32,007 bases of DNA, taken from the NCBI GenBank assembly GCA_002633005.1, contig NMRA01000238.1:585185-617191 (forward strand). Reading direction: 5' to 3'. Numbering within the stretch: position 1 is the first letter of the stretch; each line of letters starts with the position of its first letter. Origin of the DNA: Phoronis australis (lineage: Eukaryota > Animalia > Phoronida). Below the pieces are notes generated by a model. It was not told the DNA's origin, ran no database searches, and saw only the letters and a program-made list of their open reading frames with translations. Positions 10,604-22,935 of this stretch are shown piece by piece. The translations under genes and the position numbers were made by a program.

Positions 10604-13335
10604 AACAAGAGCAACGCGAGCGTTGAAATGCGTCCACGAATGCATTGTAAATGGTGTGCTTTTAGGGTTGTTTATTTGTATCATAAAATGGAAACTAGAT
10701 GGCACAAAAACATACAATCTATCCAAAAACAGGAACATGCCATATTTCATAAAAATCTGTCAAGGAACTTCACAGAAACAAAGAAAAACAAAATAAAATG
10801 AAATTGCCGCTAGCGGGCACAGTGTCCGTTGGATCTGCCTGAAAGTGGTCATCGTCTGTTGTCATCTTCATATAAATACAGTTACTAAATTTAGTAAAGA
10901 TCCTGCAGTGGGTTTAAGAGATACAACTATGGGCACAAAACAAAACTACCACTAGGAGGCGCCACAGTAATCAGTCACCATCATCAAAGGTCATCTTCAC
11001 ACTGAGAACATATATGCCAATTTTCAAAATTAATGATTTGGTTGATACAGGGATGGACACCAAAAATATGATTTGAAAACAGCAAAATTAGCCACTAGGT
11101 GGTGCAAAATACCTCGATTCCATCCAGGAACAGGCCGATAGCATCATCACACCAATAGATGCCTATATTTAAAATTTTATGAAAATCTGTTGAGGACCTT
11201 TGAAGATACTGAGTTAAACATAAAAAACTAAAATTGCCACTAGGTGGCACACCAGTAGTCAGATCTGTCTGATAGTCGTCATCCTGCATTATTAAGATCA
11301 TATAAATGCACTAACTAAATTTAGTAAAGATCCTGCAAATTGTTTAGAAGATACAGCCATTGGCGCAAAAAAACAAAATTGCCACTAAGAGGTGCCACAG
11401 TAGTTGAAGTTGACGGAAAACTATTGTCAGCCGTCCACTTCATAGTAAGAACATACATGACAATTTTCGCAATCATCCTTTGAGCGGCTTGGTTGATGGA
11501 GGGATGGACGCCAAAAAAACTCTTGCAAACAGTAAAAATGGCCACTAGGTGGCGCAAAATACCTCGAATCCATCCGAAAACGAAAGGATAGCGTCACCTC
11601 ATTAATAGATGCCTATGTGTCAAATTTCATGAAAATCGGTTGAGGACCTTTCAAGATACAGAGGCAAACGTAAAAAACTAAAATTGCCACCAGGGGGCAC
11701 AGCGGTATTCGGGTCAGTCCAAAACACGTCACCCTCTGTCGTCAACCCCATAGGAACACACCTGCCAAATTTCAATACGAGAGCGCTCGGAGGAGCGACA
11801 CTTGGCGGAATTAATTGAAAGGATGACGAACACGATATCATTCATGTGACTAGCGAAGAAATCAAATAGAGAGCATACAATCACCTACAATAAAGAATGA
11901 AAGCCCGTTCAAAACTCTATCTAAAGCGGTAGTTTGGCAAACACGATAACATTCATGTGACTAGCGAAGAAATCAAATAGAGAGCATACAATCAACTACA
12001 ATAAAGAACAATAGATGGCGCAACATGACGGTCCAGTCTGCAGTAGGACAGTGCTGGCTGGGTCAGTCTGGGTCAACTAGGCATAACCAAAATAAAGTGA
12101 ACTGAAAGCCAGCCAGCGGTGTCCTTTCATAGATGACCGAAGGAACAACGGCATTCGAAAATCTCGAATAATTCAAAAGTAGACGTTGTAGCGCAAAATG
12201 GAAAATATCGTCTGAAAGCCCGTCCACAACTCTACGTACTTTGATAGAGCATACAATCAACTACAATAAAGAACAATAGATGGCGCAACATTATGGACGA
12301 GGCATGCTTTACAGTAGGACAGTGCTGGCTGGGTCAGTCTGGGTCAACTAGGCATAACCAAAACAAAGTGAGCTGAAAGCCAGCCAGCTGCGTGTGACTG
12401 AAGGAACAACGGTATCCGAAAATCTCGAATAATTCAAAAAGTAGACGTCGTAGCGCAAAATGGAAAATATCTCCTGAAAGCCCGTTCAAAACTCTATCTA
12501 AAGTGGTAGTTTGGCAAAAATCCAAAAAATTTTCGAGAAAATTGAAAATTTGCCTTTTTTTGAAATTCAAAGTCCAATAACTCGAAAACGGTAAGTCTGA
12601 GAAATACGCTCTCGCAGACCTTTTGAAAGGCCACACTTCAAGGAATCCACATGCAAAAATTCACGTCATTTGCTCTTCCCATAAAAAATGCGACACCAGA
12701 GCGATTGAAACCGTGTGAACATGCGCCACAGCCGCCATCTTGAAAGTGACTTCCGGTTCAATAATTTTTTATAAAAGCTTATTAAACTCAACAAACACGT
12801 GACCAGTTTGAAAGTAATTGGTTTGCAAATACGCCCTCTACAGGAGAAAACGTTTTTGGCCATATTTCGGGGTGCGCATGCGCAACGTCCAATATTTCCG
12901 CCATCTTTAACCGGAAGTCAACGATTTTCTGCACAATTGTAGCACATGCGTTCTAGTATATTCGTACTGATTTTCAGCCATGTAGGTCGAAAAATGCGGC
13001 CTCTACGAGTATTTGACTGTGAAATCGGATATAAAATGGCCGCCACGTCCGCCATTTTGTATCCGATCATGACCAAAAACAATAGCATTCTAGCAGTTCC
13101 CGATCTACACGTTGTGTGCAAATTTTGTGAAAATCGGACGAAAATTGCGACCTGTAGAGAGCGAACAAATAAACAAAAAAAAACTCCCTGTCAGACCAAC
13201 ATACTTGACGGAATTCTTTGAATTCCGCCAAGTAAAGATCCTCCAAGGCGTTTAGGAGATACAGCCACGGACGCCAGACGCCCAGACAGAGACGACGGTA
13301 ATATGCACCCACATACAAATATGTGGGCGCATAAA
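10604..13335 (+). mobile_element. Outer HINE/DINE-1-like (Helentron-associated non-autonomous) element with internal tandem repeats
   Basis: 5' AACAAGAG, hairpin CAACGC-GA-GCGTTG and ATGCGTCCAC. Internal repeats of about 480 bp built from AAATTGCCACTAGGTGGC subunits. 3' GACG/GACA microsatellite, stem-loop ATGCACCCACAT-ACAAAT-ATGTGGGCGCAT, then an A run. No TSD. Confidence 0.7.
11776..13233 (+). mobile_element. Inner HINE-like element of a different family, nested in the outer one
   Basis: 5' ACGAGAG, hairpin CGCTC-GGAG-GAGCG and ACTTGGCGGAATT. 3' ACAA-type repeat and stem-loop ACTTGACGGAATTC-TTT-GAATTCCGCCAAGT. Internal duplication of about 270 bp (11978-12240 and 12245-12515). Removing it restores the host repeat AAATTT..TAAAGATCC. 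Confidence 0.7.
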
Positions 13336-13344
13336 AAAATAATA

Positions 13345-13880
13345 AAATACCAAGAAACTATTCTACCACAACCAATTCCATTCATGTTATATTGAAGATG
13401 AACGAGTTTTAAAACGGATCATCTATAATAATGTTAAGACCGTTAAGCCAGAAGATAGCCTTTCGTTAATTATATAGTACTAAAACCATATAACTAAAGA
13501 TCTAGTGGTTAAAAACAATATGTGCACAAAGTCTGTCCGAGTGTTAGCCAAAACTGACTTGATTTATCAGTTCAATTGCCCTCACAATGAATGTGTTCGT
13601 TCAAACACTGATTGCTCAAGGTATGTTGATTATACAACTTGCACTTTATCTCGCCAGTTATCTATAGTATGCATTTACAAAATGGATCCATTAAAGATCA
13701 CTTTCAAACACTCCAAAACAGAGAATTTCTCGTTCAGATATTGTTGACAATACCATCCTCAGGTATTTCGAACGTGACTCCTATCGTTTGAAAATTCTCA
13801 AAGTTTTAATAGCAAAAACTGAAACTCCTGACATACATTCCCAAGATACTGGGTTCCATTGTACCTTGTCGTTATATAAA
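13345..13880 (+). pseudogene. Penelope-like retroelement remnant: decayed C-terminal GIY-YIG endonuclease
   Basis: LIYQFNCPHNEC...YVDYTTCTLSRQL, then in other frames HLQNGSIKDHF and RLKILKVLI...PDIHSQD. This fits the VIYxxxC..C...YIG.T...R..H...LE...I....P.IN pattern, with frameshifts. Confidence 0.7.
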
Positions 13881-14180
13881 TAATGTCCATATGTTGTAAC
13901 ACCTATGTATTTTATTAAATTTTACAACGTTTTATAGTACATTAATTTCCATGACAATTCTTTCTGTAATTGCGCTCTTATATATGCTACCTTATATTCG
14001 TGTTTAATGTCATTGTTCTTGTTTCATGAATCATACACAATAGTGTTTATGATTTTTAAATATATTTGTCTTGGATGACTGAAGTCTAGTCGAAGTACAG
14101 CAACTGTTTTACTATGAAATGTTTTGTACAGAGCTTTATTTTAAATATACTCATATATTTGTCTTCGTGACGCCACTTAA

Positions 14181-16759
14181 ACTCAGCTACTACTTCAACT
14201 GCCATCTGAAGAAAGACATTTATGTAGACAATACGAAAGTTTGTTGAACAAACTACCGTAATCGTTCGGGTTAACGCCCTGGGCGGTTAAATTGGCAAAC
14301 TCAAAAAATCGGGGGTGGGCGGTTAACCAGACATGGGCGCTTAAACGTGAAATTTCAAGAAATCCAGGGTGGGCGGTTAACCGAACATGGGCGCTTATTA
14401 CGACAGGCAACCGCCCTGGGCGGTTAATCTTACCTCGTACTCGGAACGCGTAGTACTTTTCAAAGAGCGTTATCGTCACGTCGCCACATGACGAGAAAAA
14501 TGTCATAACAGCGGATGATCCCAACAAAGATTCTCTTGCCCTCAGATTAGTTATTCACTGTTAAATTTACAGAATTACTGAGTAATAGCCCCGTGGCGTC
14601 CTGCGGTCTTGTTACTTTGCCCTCTAGAGCGCAGACGACCAGTGACCACGCAGCCTCTACTTGGATTGCAACTATTTTAAGATGTGACCTTGTTAAAGTG
14701 CGCGCGTGCAAGCTTCACGTGTTGCAGAGGTCACAGCAGACATCAAATTTATGGTTGCAGTCTCGTACTGAGCTGCCAAGTTCATAGTCTGAGAGCAGTT
14801 TTAAAATGAGTTGTAATAAAAGTTTGAAAAACTTAATTCAGATGTTTTTTGTGTTTAGGATGTTTATAGTCGACACTCTGTGACTCAATGACATTTTCAG
14901 CGTATGGTTCTGCGGCTAGCTGTTTTATCTCGACCGCCCGGCATTGCTCACTTGCCGTTGCGCCAAACATGCTCGGCAAAGAATTAGGCCTAAGACAAGA
15001 ATCGGTGTTAAGCGGCCGTGAGCTACTCGTCAATCAAGAATAAAATTTCGAGCCACGACATAAATATGTGATAAAACGCCACAAAACAGCGATGTTTCAA
15101 TTCATTCTTAAACAATCGCCTTACCAAACTTCGTGGTGGAAAAACATTTATTTTTCATGCAAGATGTCCAGATTATCCTATTTATATCACTTGCAATAGG
15201 CCTATCGCACTGCGGCACTGTTCGGTCTCGCTGTTAGCAAGCAATGTCTCAGTCGGCTGACAGTCGTGACTTGGAAATGCCGTCAAGTAATAAAACGGCC
15301 TCTTCCAATATGCATCTCGTTTTTTATGGCCAAAGATAGCGGCGGGAATCAGCACGCACGTAGGGCCTACGAGTGAGCACCTGTCAATCACATGTTGGTG
15401 TCAAGGTAACATGCACTGCAAAGTGTGGGAACTTGCGCACGTGCACCAAAATGACTACAAAGTCACACATCAAAAGAGAATAGCCCTAAGTAACAAAAAC
15501 GGGCGTGACTATGTACTTTTAAGCTGTTGTTACGAAAGACCCAGTTCTTTACGATATTCCTCCGTTGCCAATGTTCCCCAAAACTGCGATGTCAAGTCTA
15601 TTCCGATATTTCCCGCTCGATGCTCCCTAAGCCCATGCCCGTAGCTAGCTGTGTGCATCTCCTACCCACTATCGCCAATTTTCAGTCAGTCTACGTCGTA
15701 GATATTTCAGACTCGAATGGTAAGAAACTGGCCAATGTATAAACAAAATTATTCTGGATGGCAAAAAGGGGATGTGGAAACGATATTTCACAGTCACGCT
15801 TATACGTGGGGGCTGACGCAAGAAAAAATAAAGAACAGCCAGCGACAATAGTTAAATCTGGTAACGCCAGTTTGACTGAGATGCAATAAGCAAAAAACAA
15901 AATTTGACTAGCTGTTTTTTATTACTTCAAGATCATACACAAACAAACATTATTGCCAACCTTTGAATTCAGAAATCGATAGGCAGCAACGAAATCGGTA
16001 ACCCAGTAAGGCACTTGTACTGTCCCTTCGGTCGCCACACGTCCTCTACAACCCGGCAGTTACATTCATCAAAATGAGAATTTGAAATCTTTCCGTGAGT
16101 TGTGAGATTTCTTCAAAATACGAGAGCTTCCCACCTTAAGAGAATTTGGAGGGTTGGCAAAACCATTGTCACATTTGTCTGGCCTGATTTTTTCGAATAT
16201 ATATTTTATCTAGTGCACTGCAGACCGAAACTCAGTGCGGCAGACAAAGTCGCTGAAAGCGGAGGTTTTGACGCCGGCGCCGTTCTTAAACTTTGTAAAC
16301 ATGGGAAGAAAATAAAGTGACAAAAACGTTAAAGTATTATATTTTGAAGTGAGTCCATGACCCAAGACAAGAACTCCTTACTTGTATTGTAATTCACATT
16401 GCTAAACCACCGTCTTGAAGGCCCGGCGTTGTTACGCTCATTGTGATCATCGATCTTTTTGTAAAAGTCGGGGAATCACCGTTTCCTTAGCACTGGGCGC
16501 TAAATCTTCATTCTTTAAAAGTACGGGATGGGCGCTTAACCGAGAGGTGGGCGCTTAACTGGAAATCTTCAAAAATCGTAGGGGGGCGCTTAACTGAGCA
16601 GTGGGCGGTTAAATCGAAAATCCACCTAAAGTAGGGGTTGGGCGGTTAACTGAGCATGGGCGTTAACCCGAACGATTACGGTATTTAAAGCCAAGAACAG
16701 CTTACTTTTCAAATGAAACATGTATAAAAGAAGGTCTGCAACCCAAATACACCAATATA
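14181..16759 (+). pseudogene. Penelope-like ORF N-terminal piece (pseudo-LTR), split into 14181-14255 and 16684-16759
   Basis: Removing 14256-16683 gives TQLLLQLPSEERHLCRQYESLLNKL|FKAKNSLLF(+1 frameshift)NETCIKEGLQPKYTNI. It resembles Penelope-like N-termini and lies downstream of the GIY-YIG remnant, as expected of a pseudo-LTR. Confidence 0.55.
14256..16681. mobile_element. Non-autonomous Tc1/mariner-superfamily (Tc2/pogo-like) element, long copy
   Basis: Perfect 24-bp TIR CCGTAATCGTTCGGGTTAACGCCC, TA on both sides (14254-55, 16682-83), and subterminal arrays of GGGCG(G/C)TTAA. No transposase ORF. Confidence 0.9.
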
Positions 16760-16872
16760 CATATCAATATTACTATAACTTGGCAGTAATCTTTCCCGTA
16801 TACATATTTCATTGAAGACACGACTTTGATCTGTTTTTACTAGTTTAATTTCAGTTCTTTGAAAGAAATATG

Positions 16873-16918
16873 TACACACACACACGCGTGCACAAACACA
16901 AACACCCACGCACACACC

Positions 16919-16958
<40 letters not shown>

Positions 16959-16970
16959 CACAAACACACA
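16873..16970. repeat. (CA)n microsatellite, imperfect
   Basis: Directly visible CA run. Confidence 0.95.
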
Positions 16971-17173
16971 AAGATACAAGCTGTTACAGTTTCCTAATTT
17001 ATTTATTTTTTGTTTTACGCAACTTTTGAGTTTTTAAAGGTGAATGCCACCCGATCTTAATTAGTCTTTTTTACCGTCTCAATTGGTCTATATCCACATT
17101 GCCTCTTATACGGTCGACCTTCCTCTCGGCAAGGTGAGAAACAACGCAGCGACGTCAGTGGTTTGTCTGCAGA

Positions 17174-17452
17174 GTGAATGCTGCTATATTGCGGTGCATT
17201 GTTCCCGCTTGTCCGAACTATGAAGCTGAGAAGAAAATGGGTATAACGTTTTTTCCATTTCCTCGAGAACCCAAAATGCTTAGGAAGTGGCTCACGGTAG
17301 TGAAGAATGAAAGGTACGCTGTTAATACCAAGTATGAGGCCGTGAAATATCTCCGTGTCTGTGGCCGGCATTTCGTCGACAGTGATTTCTCTAACGAATT
17401 CCGGCTCACCAAAGAACTATCCATACATTTCGTTGCCTGTGCAAGTTCATAG
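17174..17452 (+). pseudogene. THAP (C2CH) zinc-finger domain remnant
   Basis: CIVPAC...FFPFP...W...LRVCGRHF..SDF...RL. There is no in-frame ATG before the first Cys, the AVPTIF box appears frameshifted, and no DDE domain follows. Confidence 0.8.
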
Positions 17453-17831
17453 TGCCTCTCTAGTATTTCTTGATCAGTGTATTCCGTTTCGAACTGATAG
17501 CCTGTGAAACCTACAGTAACGATCCGACCAGTGGATCAGTCTTCGTGGGATGAGCTCTTGACTAAGTCGGGATTGGCGCTGGGCAAGTTGCCATGTAGAT
17601 GTTTATTATTCTGCGTTTTGTTTCAAACTGAATTATTCTCATCCTAACCAATGCTTATATGAAACTGAAACAAAGTCTGCCAAATTAGAAACAATTTGTA
17701 ATGCTTTGGAGTGCACGTGAGTGCAAATGTTTTGAGAAGACAGCAATGAATAAACCACTGCGTTACCGGCTTTTGATGCTGGCAACAAATGCAGTTGACC
17801 GGTCACCGAGGCCATGGGAGCACATCCTAAT

Positions 17832-18988
17832 AGCTCACTTGCGAGTTTCTCGTTAGTCACTGTGACGTCACCGGAAAGGGGGCAAAACCCGCCATATTGC
17901 TCTTGTTTTGCCCCCAGTCTTTGCTGCACATGCTAAAACTTACTGGAGTTCTTATGGTGAATTTTACGCTTAAAACGTTAAAACAACTTAACATATGGTA
18001 GATGGGTCGTGGAATAACTGTGAATGGACGAAGAAAATGTGAACTTGTTATGTTGTGCGAAGCTGTGAACGGACTGAAATTGGAACTTAACCCGCTCTAG
18101 GCTTGAGTGGCGCAGGCATACAGGGGCGATAGTGTATCCCCATAAAAAGATATTCACTTCAAAATACAGCAAATAAAATCAAATGAAACATGCATATGTG
18201 CACATGAAGTTATAACTAACACATACCCTGACTCTGGACACAATTTAGTCTACAAATAACTTGAGCATATTCATGAAAACCTCGCGATTCTCTCGAGTTT
18301 CTCTCACCAGCCGCCATTTTGAGGACGTTACGTGAAATCACGCCTGTTGACGAACAAAAAGTCCAAGGGACACAAATCTTACAAATTTCACTTGATATTT
18401 TCTCATGCTATTTTGCAAGTGTCACGCGCCAGATCTCGCGCTTCGCTCAGTCTCGCGCTAGCCTTTGCCTCATACTCACCTGACTCAGTTGAAATACTTG
18501 ATTGTGGTTATCGCGCGCGCGGACAAAGTTAACAGTAACCACAAAGTGGAGTTGGAATTCTTCGCCTAAGTCACCTGAATTCCCGTATATATGCTTCATC
18601 GAAGATATGTTTAGAAGCAGAAAGAGTCACTGAAGAAAGTAAGAGCCTTTTAGGTGCTAATTTTAGGTGTAGAATGTATTTTCGACGAGGTGAAAACTTT
18701 ATCAGTGAGCGGATTTCGCCTACCGCCCGTTTAAAATACACGGGACGAAATTAGTACAGAACGCGATAGAACGTATTGTAGTGCGAATCTGAAGTTCATT
18801 TGCCATAACAGCAATGCTTTTGGACATTTTTCGAACTAAACGGCTAAAAACTCGAAGACAATAACAGAATACACTCTGCTACCGTATTGGGCAAATGACC
18901 AAACGACAAGCTTTTGCCCCACTTCCCGTGACGTCACAGTTAAGTCTCACATAATCTCGCGTTATTGTTATAAACTCGCAAAAGGCCT
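17832..18988. mobile_element. Nested TIR element (possible ISL2EU/PIF-like, AT target)
   Basis: Ends AT|AGCTCACTTGCGAGTTT and AAACTCGCAAAAGGCCT|AT. Inner inverted pair ACTGTGACGTCACCGGAAAGGGGGCAAAA and TTTTGCCCCACTTCCCGTGACGTCACAGT. Confidence 0.6.
18278..18530. promoter_or_regulatory. CpG-rich promoter-like patch inside the nested element
   Basis: YY1-type GCCGCCATTTT (about 18310), several TCTCGCG-like half-sites (BANP/Kaiso-type motif), and a minus-strand CAG|GTGAGT donor at about 18479. Confidence 0.35.
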
Positions 18989-19310
18989 ATTCAGTGTTTG
19001 GTGAAAGAAAGCTGTTGTGAAACAATTACTCGATTTTATAAGCTATGGTCACATGTTAAGGGAATTTTTATTTAGAAATACAAATACATTATTCAAATCA
19101 TTCATTGTTACTGTACAACCTTTGCCCTGACTATCTGTGGAACGGGAACCTGACTTCGCGGCCCCCGACAAGTAAGTAGATTTTCAGTTTCATGGCTAAT
19201 TCACATCAATAATTACGTCCACATTATTTCTTTGGCTCATAATTATAGTCTTTTCGTGACTGGAGGTTTAGTTTCCAACTCAAGCTGGTTTATGTTCGTG
19301 CCAGTCCCGG

Positions 19311-19416
19311 CAGCCGCGACGGGCCTGATCGGGTTCCGAGCCACTGGCCGGGATAACGAGTCAGTCTGGCCGCGATGGGCCTGATCGGGTTCCGGGGCAC
19401 TGGCCGTGATAACAAG
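19311..19416. repeat. GC-rich tandem duplication of about 56 bp
   Basis: GCCGCGA(C/T)GGGCCTGATCGGGTTCCG--(C/G)CACTGGCCG-GATAAC-AG occurs twice. Confidence 0.85.
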
Positions 19417-19859
19417 CATTTTGTGTGTTTAGAACTCAAAAATCACAAGTATAAACAACACAGATCTAGGTTCTCCTGTCTGTAAATCACGGAAGAATAC
19501 TTGGAATTTATCTCCGAACAGACCCGAAACTCCTGCTACGGACCTTGGTAAATTGGCCTGCCAAAATTTATAAGCTACGTGTGTCCAAATACCAGTAAAC
19601 CCGTAACAGTGAAATACAACAACACGTTTTTATAAGAACTCTGTGTATTTTTAAAACTTTTACATCTTAGTTGTTTTTTGGGTGGCATTCTCCTTTAAGC
19701 ATAGTACATATGTAGTTTTAAATGAATGAAACGTGACATTCCGAAGTGGTTATATTTCTACTGCTTCATAACCGTCAATGAAAAACAGTACCCTTAATTA
19801 GTAGTTGTCTTATAGTGACGAGTTCATTATGATCTTACTGTTTAAGTAGATTAAGGGCG

Positions 19860-20630
19860 GTACCAAAATTCCAGAAAATTTCAGGGGAATATCCCTCATG
19901 CAAGTTACAGCCAAAATATTCAAAAAAATATTGTGCCAGCGACTTCAAAAATGGTCGGAAAGAGAAAACGTAATTAGTATGTTTCAAGCTGCGTTTAGGA
20001 AAGGGTACAGTACGGTGGATCACATGTTTGATTTATATACGTTAATAATTAAATATTTGACACGAGAGAAAGGTAGATTTTATTGCGCTTTCGTGGATTT
20101 TAAGGCAACCTATGACAGTATACATAGAAGCGCATTGTATTTTAAATTAAAGAACAATCACATAGAAGGTAAGATGTATAAGATAATCAAAGCAATGTAC
20201 GTTGAAGTAAAAGCGTGCGTGAGACTGAGTAACCGAAGCTACAAGGAGTTCTTTGATTGTCATAATGGTCTAAAACAAGGCTCTCAGCTATCACCGTTTT
20301 TGTTTATTTTATTTATAAACGATCTCGAACAAGAATTAGAATCCGGTGGCGGTGAAAAAATTTCCATGGGATCAGCTGAATTATTGCATCTGCTGTTTGC
20401 TGATAGTGTGAAAGGACTGCAGAAAAAATTGAACATTTTATATGAGTATAGTCAGAAATGGAAAATGATTGTTAACATGTCGAAGACTAAGATAATTGTT
20501 TTCAGAAAAGGTGGAATGTTACGATCGTATGAAAAATGGACGTATGATGGGAATACTGTTAATATTGTAAATGCATACAAATATCTAGGATTAATGTTTA
20601 CTACGAAAGGTTCGTGGTCTTGCGCACAGA
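19860..20630 (+). pseudogene. Non-LTR retrotransposon reverse transcriptase fragment (RTE/RTEX-like), running into the gap
   Basis: KIFKKILCQRL, QAAFRKGYSTVDH, AFVDFKATYD, GLKQGSQLSPFLFILFINDL, LLFAD, KTKIIVF and YKYLG motifs. The catalytic FADD is truncated. Confidence 0.9.
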
Positions 20631-21487
20631 NNNNNNNNNNNNNNNNNNNNNNNNNNNNNNNNNNNNNNNNNNNNNNNNNNNNNNNNNNNNNNNNNNNNNN
20701 NNNNNNNNNNNNNNNNNNNNNNNNNNNNNNNNNNNNNNNNNNNNNNNNNNNNNNNNNNNNNNNNNNNNNNNNNNNNNNNNNNNNNNNNNNNNNNNNNNNN
20801 NNNNNNNNNNNNNNNNNNNNNNNNNNNNNNNNNNNNNNNNNNNNNNNNNNNNNNNNNNNNNNNNNNNNNNNNNNNNNNNNNNNNNNNNNNNNNNNNNNNN
20901 NNNNNNNNNNNNNNNNNNNNNNNNNNNNNNNNNNNNNNNNNNNNNNNNNNNNNNNNNNNNNNNNNNNNNNNNNNNNNNNNNNNNNNNNNNNNNNNNNNNN
21001 NNNNNNNNNNNNNNNNNNNNNNNNNNNNNNNNNNNNNNNNNNNNNNNNNNNNNNNNNNNNNNNNNNNNNNNNNNNNNNNNNNNNNNNNNNNNNNNNNNNN
21101 NNNNNNNNNNNNNNNNNNNNNNNNNNNNNNNNNNNNNNNNNNNNNNNNNNNNNNNNNNNNNNNNNNNNNNNNNNNNNNNNNNNNNNNNNNNNNNNNNNNN
21201 NNNNNNNNNNNNNNNNNNNNNNNNNNNNNNNNNNNNNNNNNNNNNNNNNNNNNNNNNNNNNNNNNNNNNNNNNNNNNNNNNNNNNNNNNNNNNNNNNNNN
21301 NNNNNNNNNNNNNNNNNNNNNNNNNNNNNNNNNNNNNNNNNNNNNNNNNNNNNNNNNNNNNNNNNNNNNNNNNNNNNNNNNNNNNNNNNNNNNNNNNNNN
21401 NNNNNNNNNNNNNNNNNNNNNNNNNNNNNNNNNNNNNNNNNNNNNNNNNNNNNNNNNNNNNNNNNNNNNNNNNNNNNNNNNNNNNNN
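20631..21487. other. Assembly gap (857 N)
   Basis: Run of N. Confidence 1.

Positions 21488-21536
<49 letters not shown>
21488..21536. repeat. (CA)n microsatellite abutting the gap
   Basis: Perfect CA run. Confidence 0.97.
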
Positions 21537-21539
<3 letters not shown>

Positions 21540-22935
21540 TAGATTAGTCAATTTGTTTTAGTATTTTTCCGTTGATACAGGAGGCACGATTAGTGTTGTT
21601 TATCTAACCAAAACAAAACTAAAGAAAATAACAAAATAACAAAGAAAATTTGTGACAACTTTTTTAATTGTCGCGTTTATGTATTTCACAAATAGGTTGA
21701 TTTCAACTGTGAATTACTTCTATATATGATGCAAAAAATGCACGAGTGATAGGTCTGACATAATTGTACCTGCACACTTGTCATGAATAGAACAGCACTT
21801 CATTAGGCCATGGGCGATTTTGTTCAGGGTGAATTAGGTATGATAATTACATAAAGATATATTAACTCCGAAGTTTACATTTTGCTCTCATGAACATCCA
21901 TGGTATCCATGATTATGAGTGTTTCCTCCTTGTTAGCAATTTATTTACCATATTTTGTGAGCAACCAGCAAGGAACTTGGTAGAATGATATACAGTCATA
22001 CACAAAGAAAACCTCTACACAGTAGTCAAACTCATCTTATAATCAACGTCAGGCACTCCTTTACTGGAACATCTGTACCAAATTTCACAATTACCATCAT
22101 GATCAAGTACTGAAAAGTCATTGGAGATAAAGACAAGTTGCCCAGTTAGCTGTCGAACTAAAAGTGTATCCCATATCAACAAATAATTGAATATATATAT
22201 ACAGAAATGTACAGGAAGTCAATAGGTTCTAGGAATATATGACTAATACAGTACTGACTACTACAAAACAGGAACCAGTAAACCATAAACAACAACAGGA
22301 TAGAATATTATGTAACTACAGGATATAAACACATTCCAATATAGTTATCAGTACACTCAGATAGACATTGAGGCAAAAGCAAAAATTGCCACAATAACTG
22401 AGCTTGTCTGGAAATCTAGTTGTCAAACTCGGAATGATATTTTTGACCACCTAATATGTTACATTCCACTATCATTTTCTAACATGCCCTTTTAAGATAA
22501 GAGCCAGTCAGCCTCAACTCTGGCCAACATTCCACTATAAGTCACAAATACCAGAATCACACAAAGCAGAGTATTGCAAAATCTTGTACCCAGAATAACA
22601 CCTAACTCTCTGTCTAATACTATGTTTCAATTTAACATGTTTTAGGATGAAAAATCAGTCGCAAACAAAACTTTACAATTTTGTTTTCTAATTAAATGTT
22701 AAAATTCTCTGTACCCGCCTCCCACCTTTTATATTTACCAGAATGAGTTCAAGTAAATGGGTCAAAAAGTCATGCAACACCAGTCCTGCTCAGTACAGCC
22801 AGTTTGGACTTTGGTTGGCTTCACAACAAGGTTATTAACTTGTTAACATTGACCTATTCTTGCCTAGGCTGTTGTTCTGCTCACCTACTAAGTTAATTTT
22901 ACCTTAAAAATCACATTTAGTTGAAGAGTAGCAAC

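Larger units (their letters stand above)
17038..19694. mobile_element. Kolobok-like non-autonomous DNA transposon
   Basis: TTAA on both sides (17034-37, 19695-98). 15-bp TIR AGGTGAATGCCACCC and GGGTGGCATTCTCCT (14/15 match). RR..YY termini, TTAA TSD and a THAP domain are established Kolobok traits. Confidence 0.8.

Noticed and set aside
16709-16969. Cys/Val-rich ORF
   Set aside because: Translation of a (TG)n microsatellite.
20452-21561. Long ORFs of 314-549 aa spanning the gap
   Set aside because: Artefacts of reading through Ns; only the RT part before 20631 is real.
22921-22935. TTG start for the AKR given by the ORF track
   Set aside because: Eukaryotic gene; the ATG at 22936 has a good context and gives a normal AKR length.
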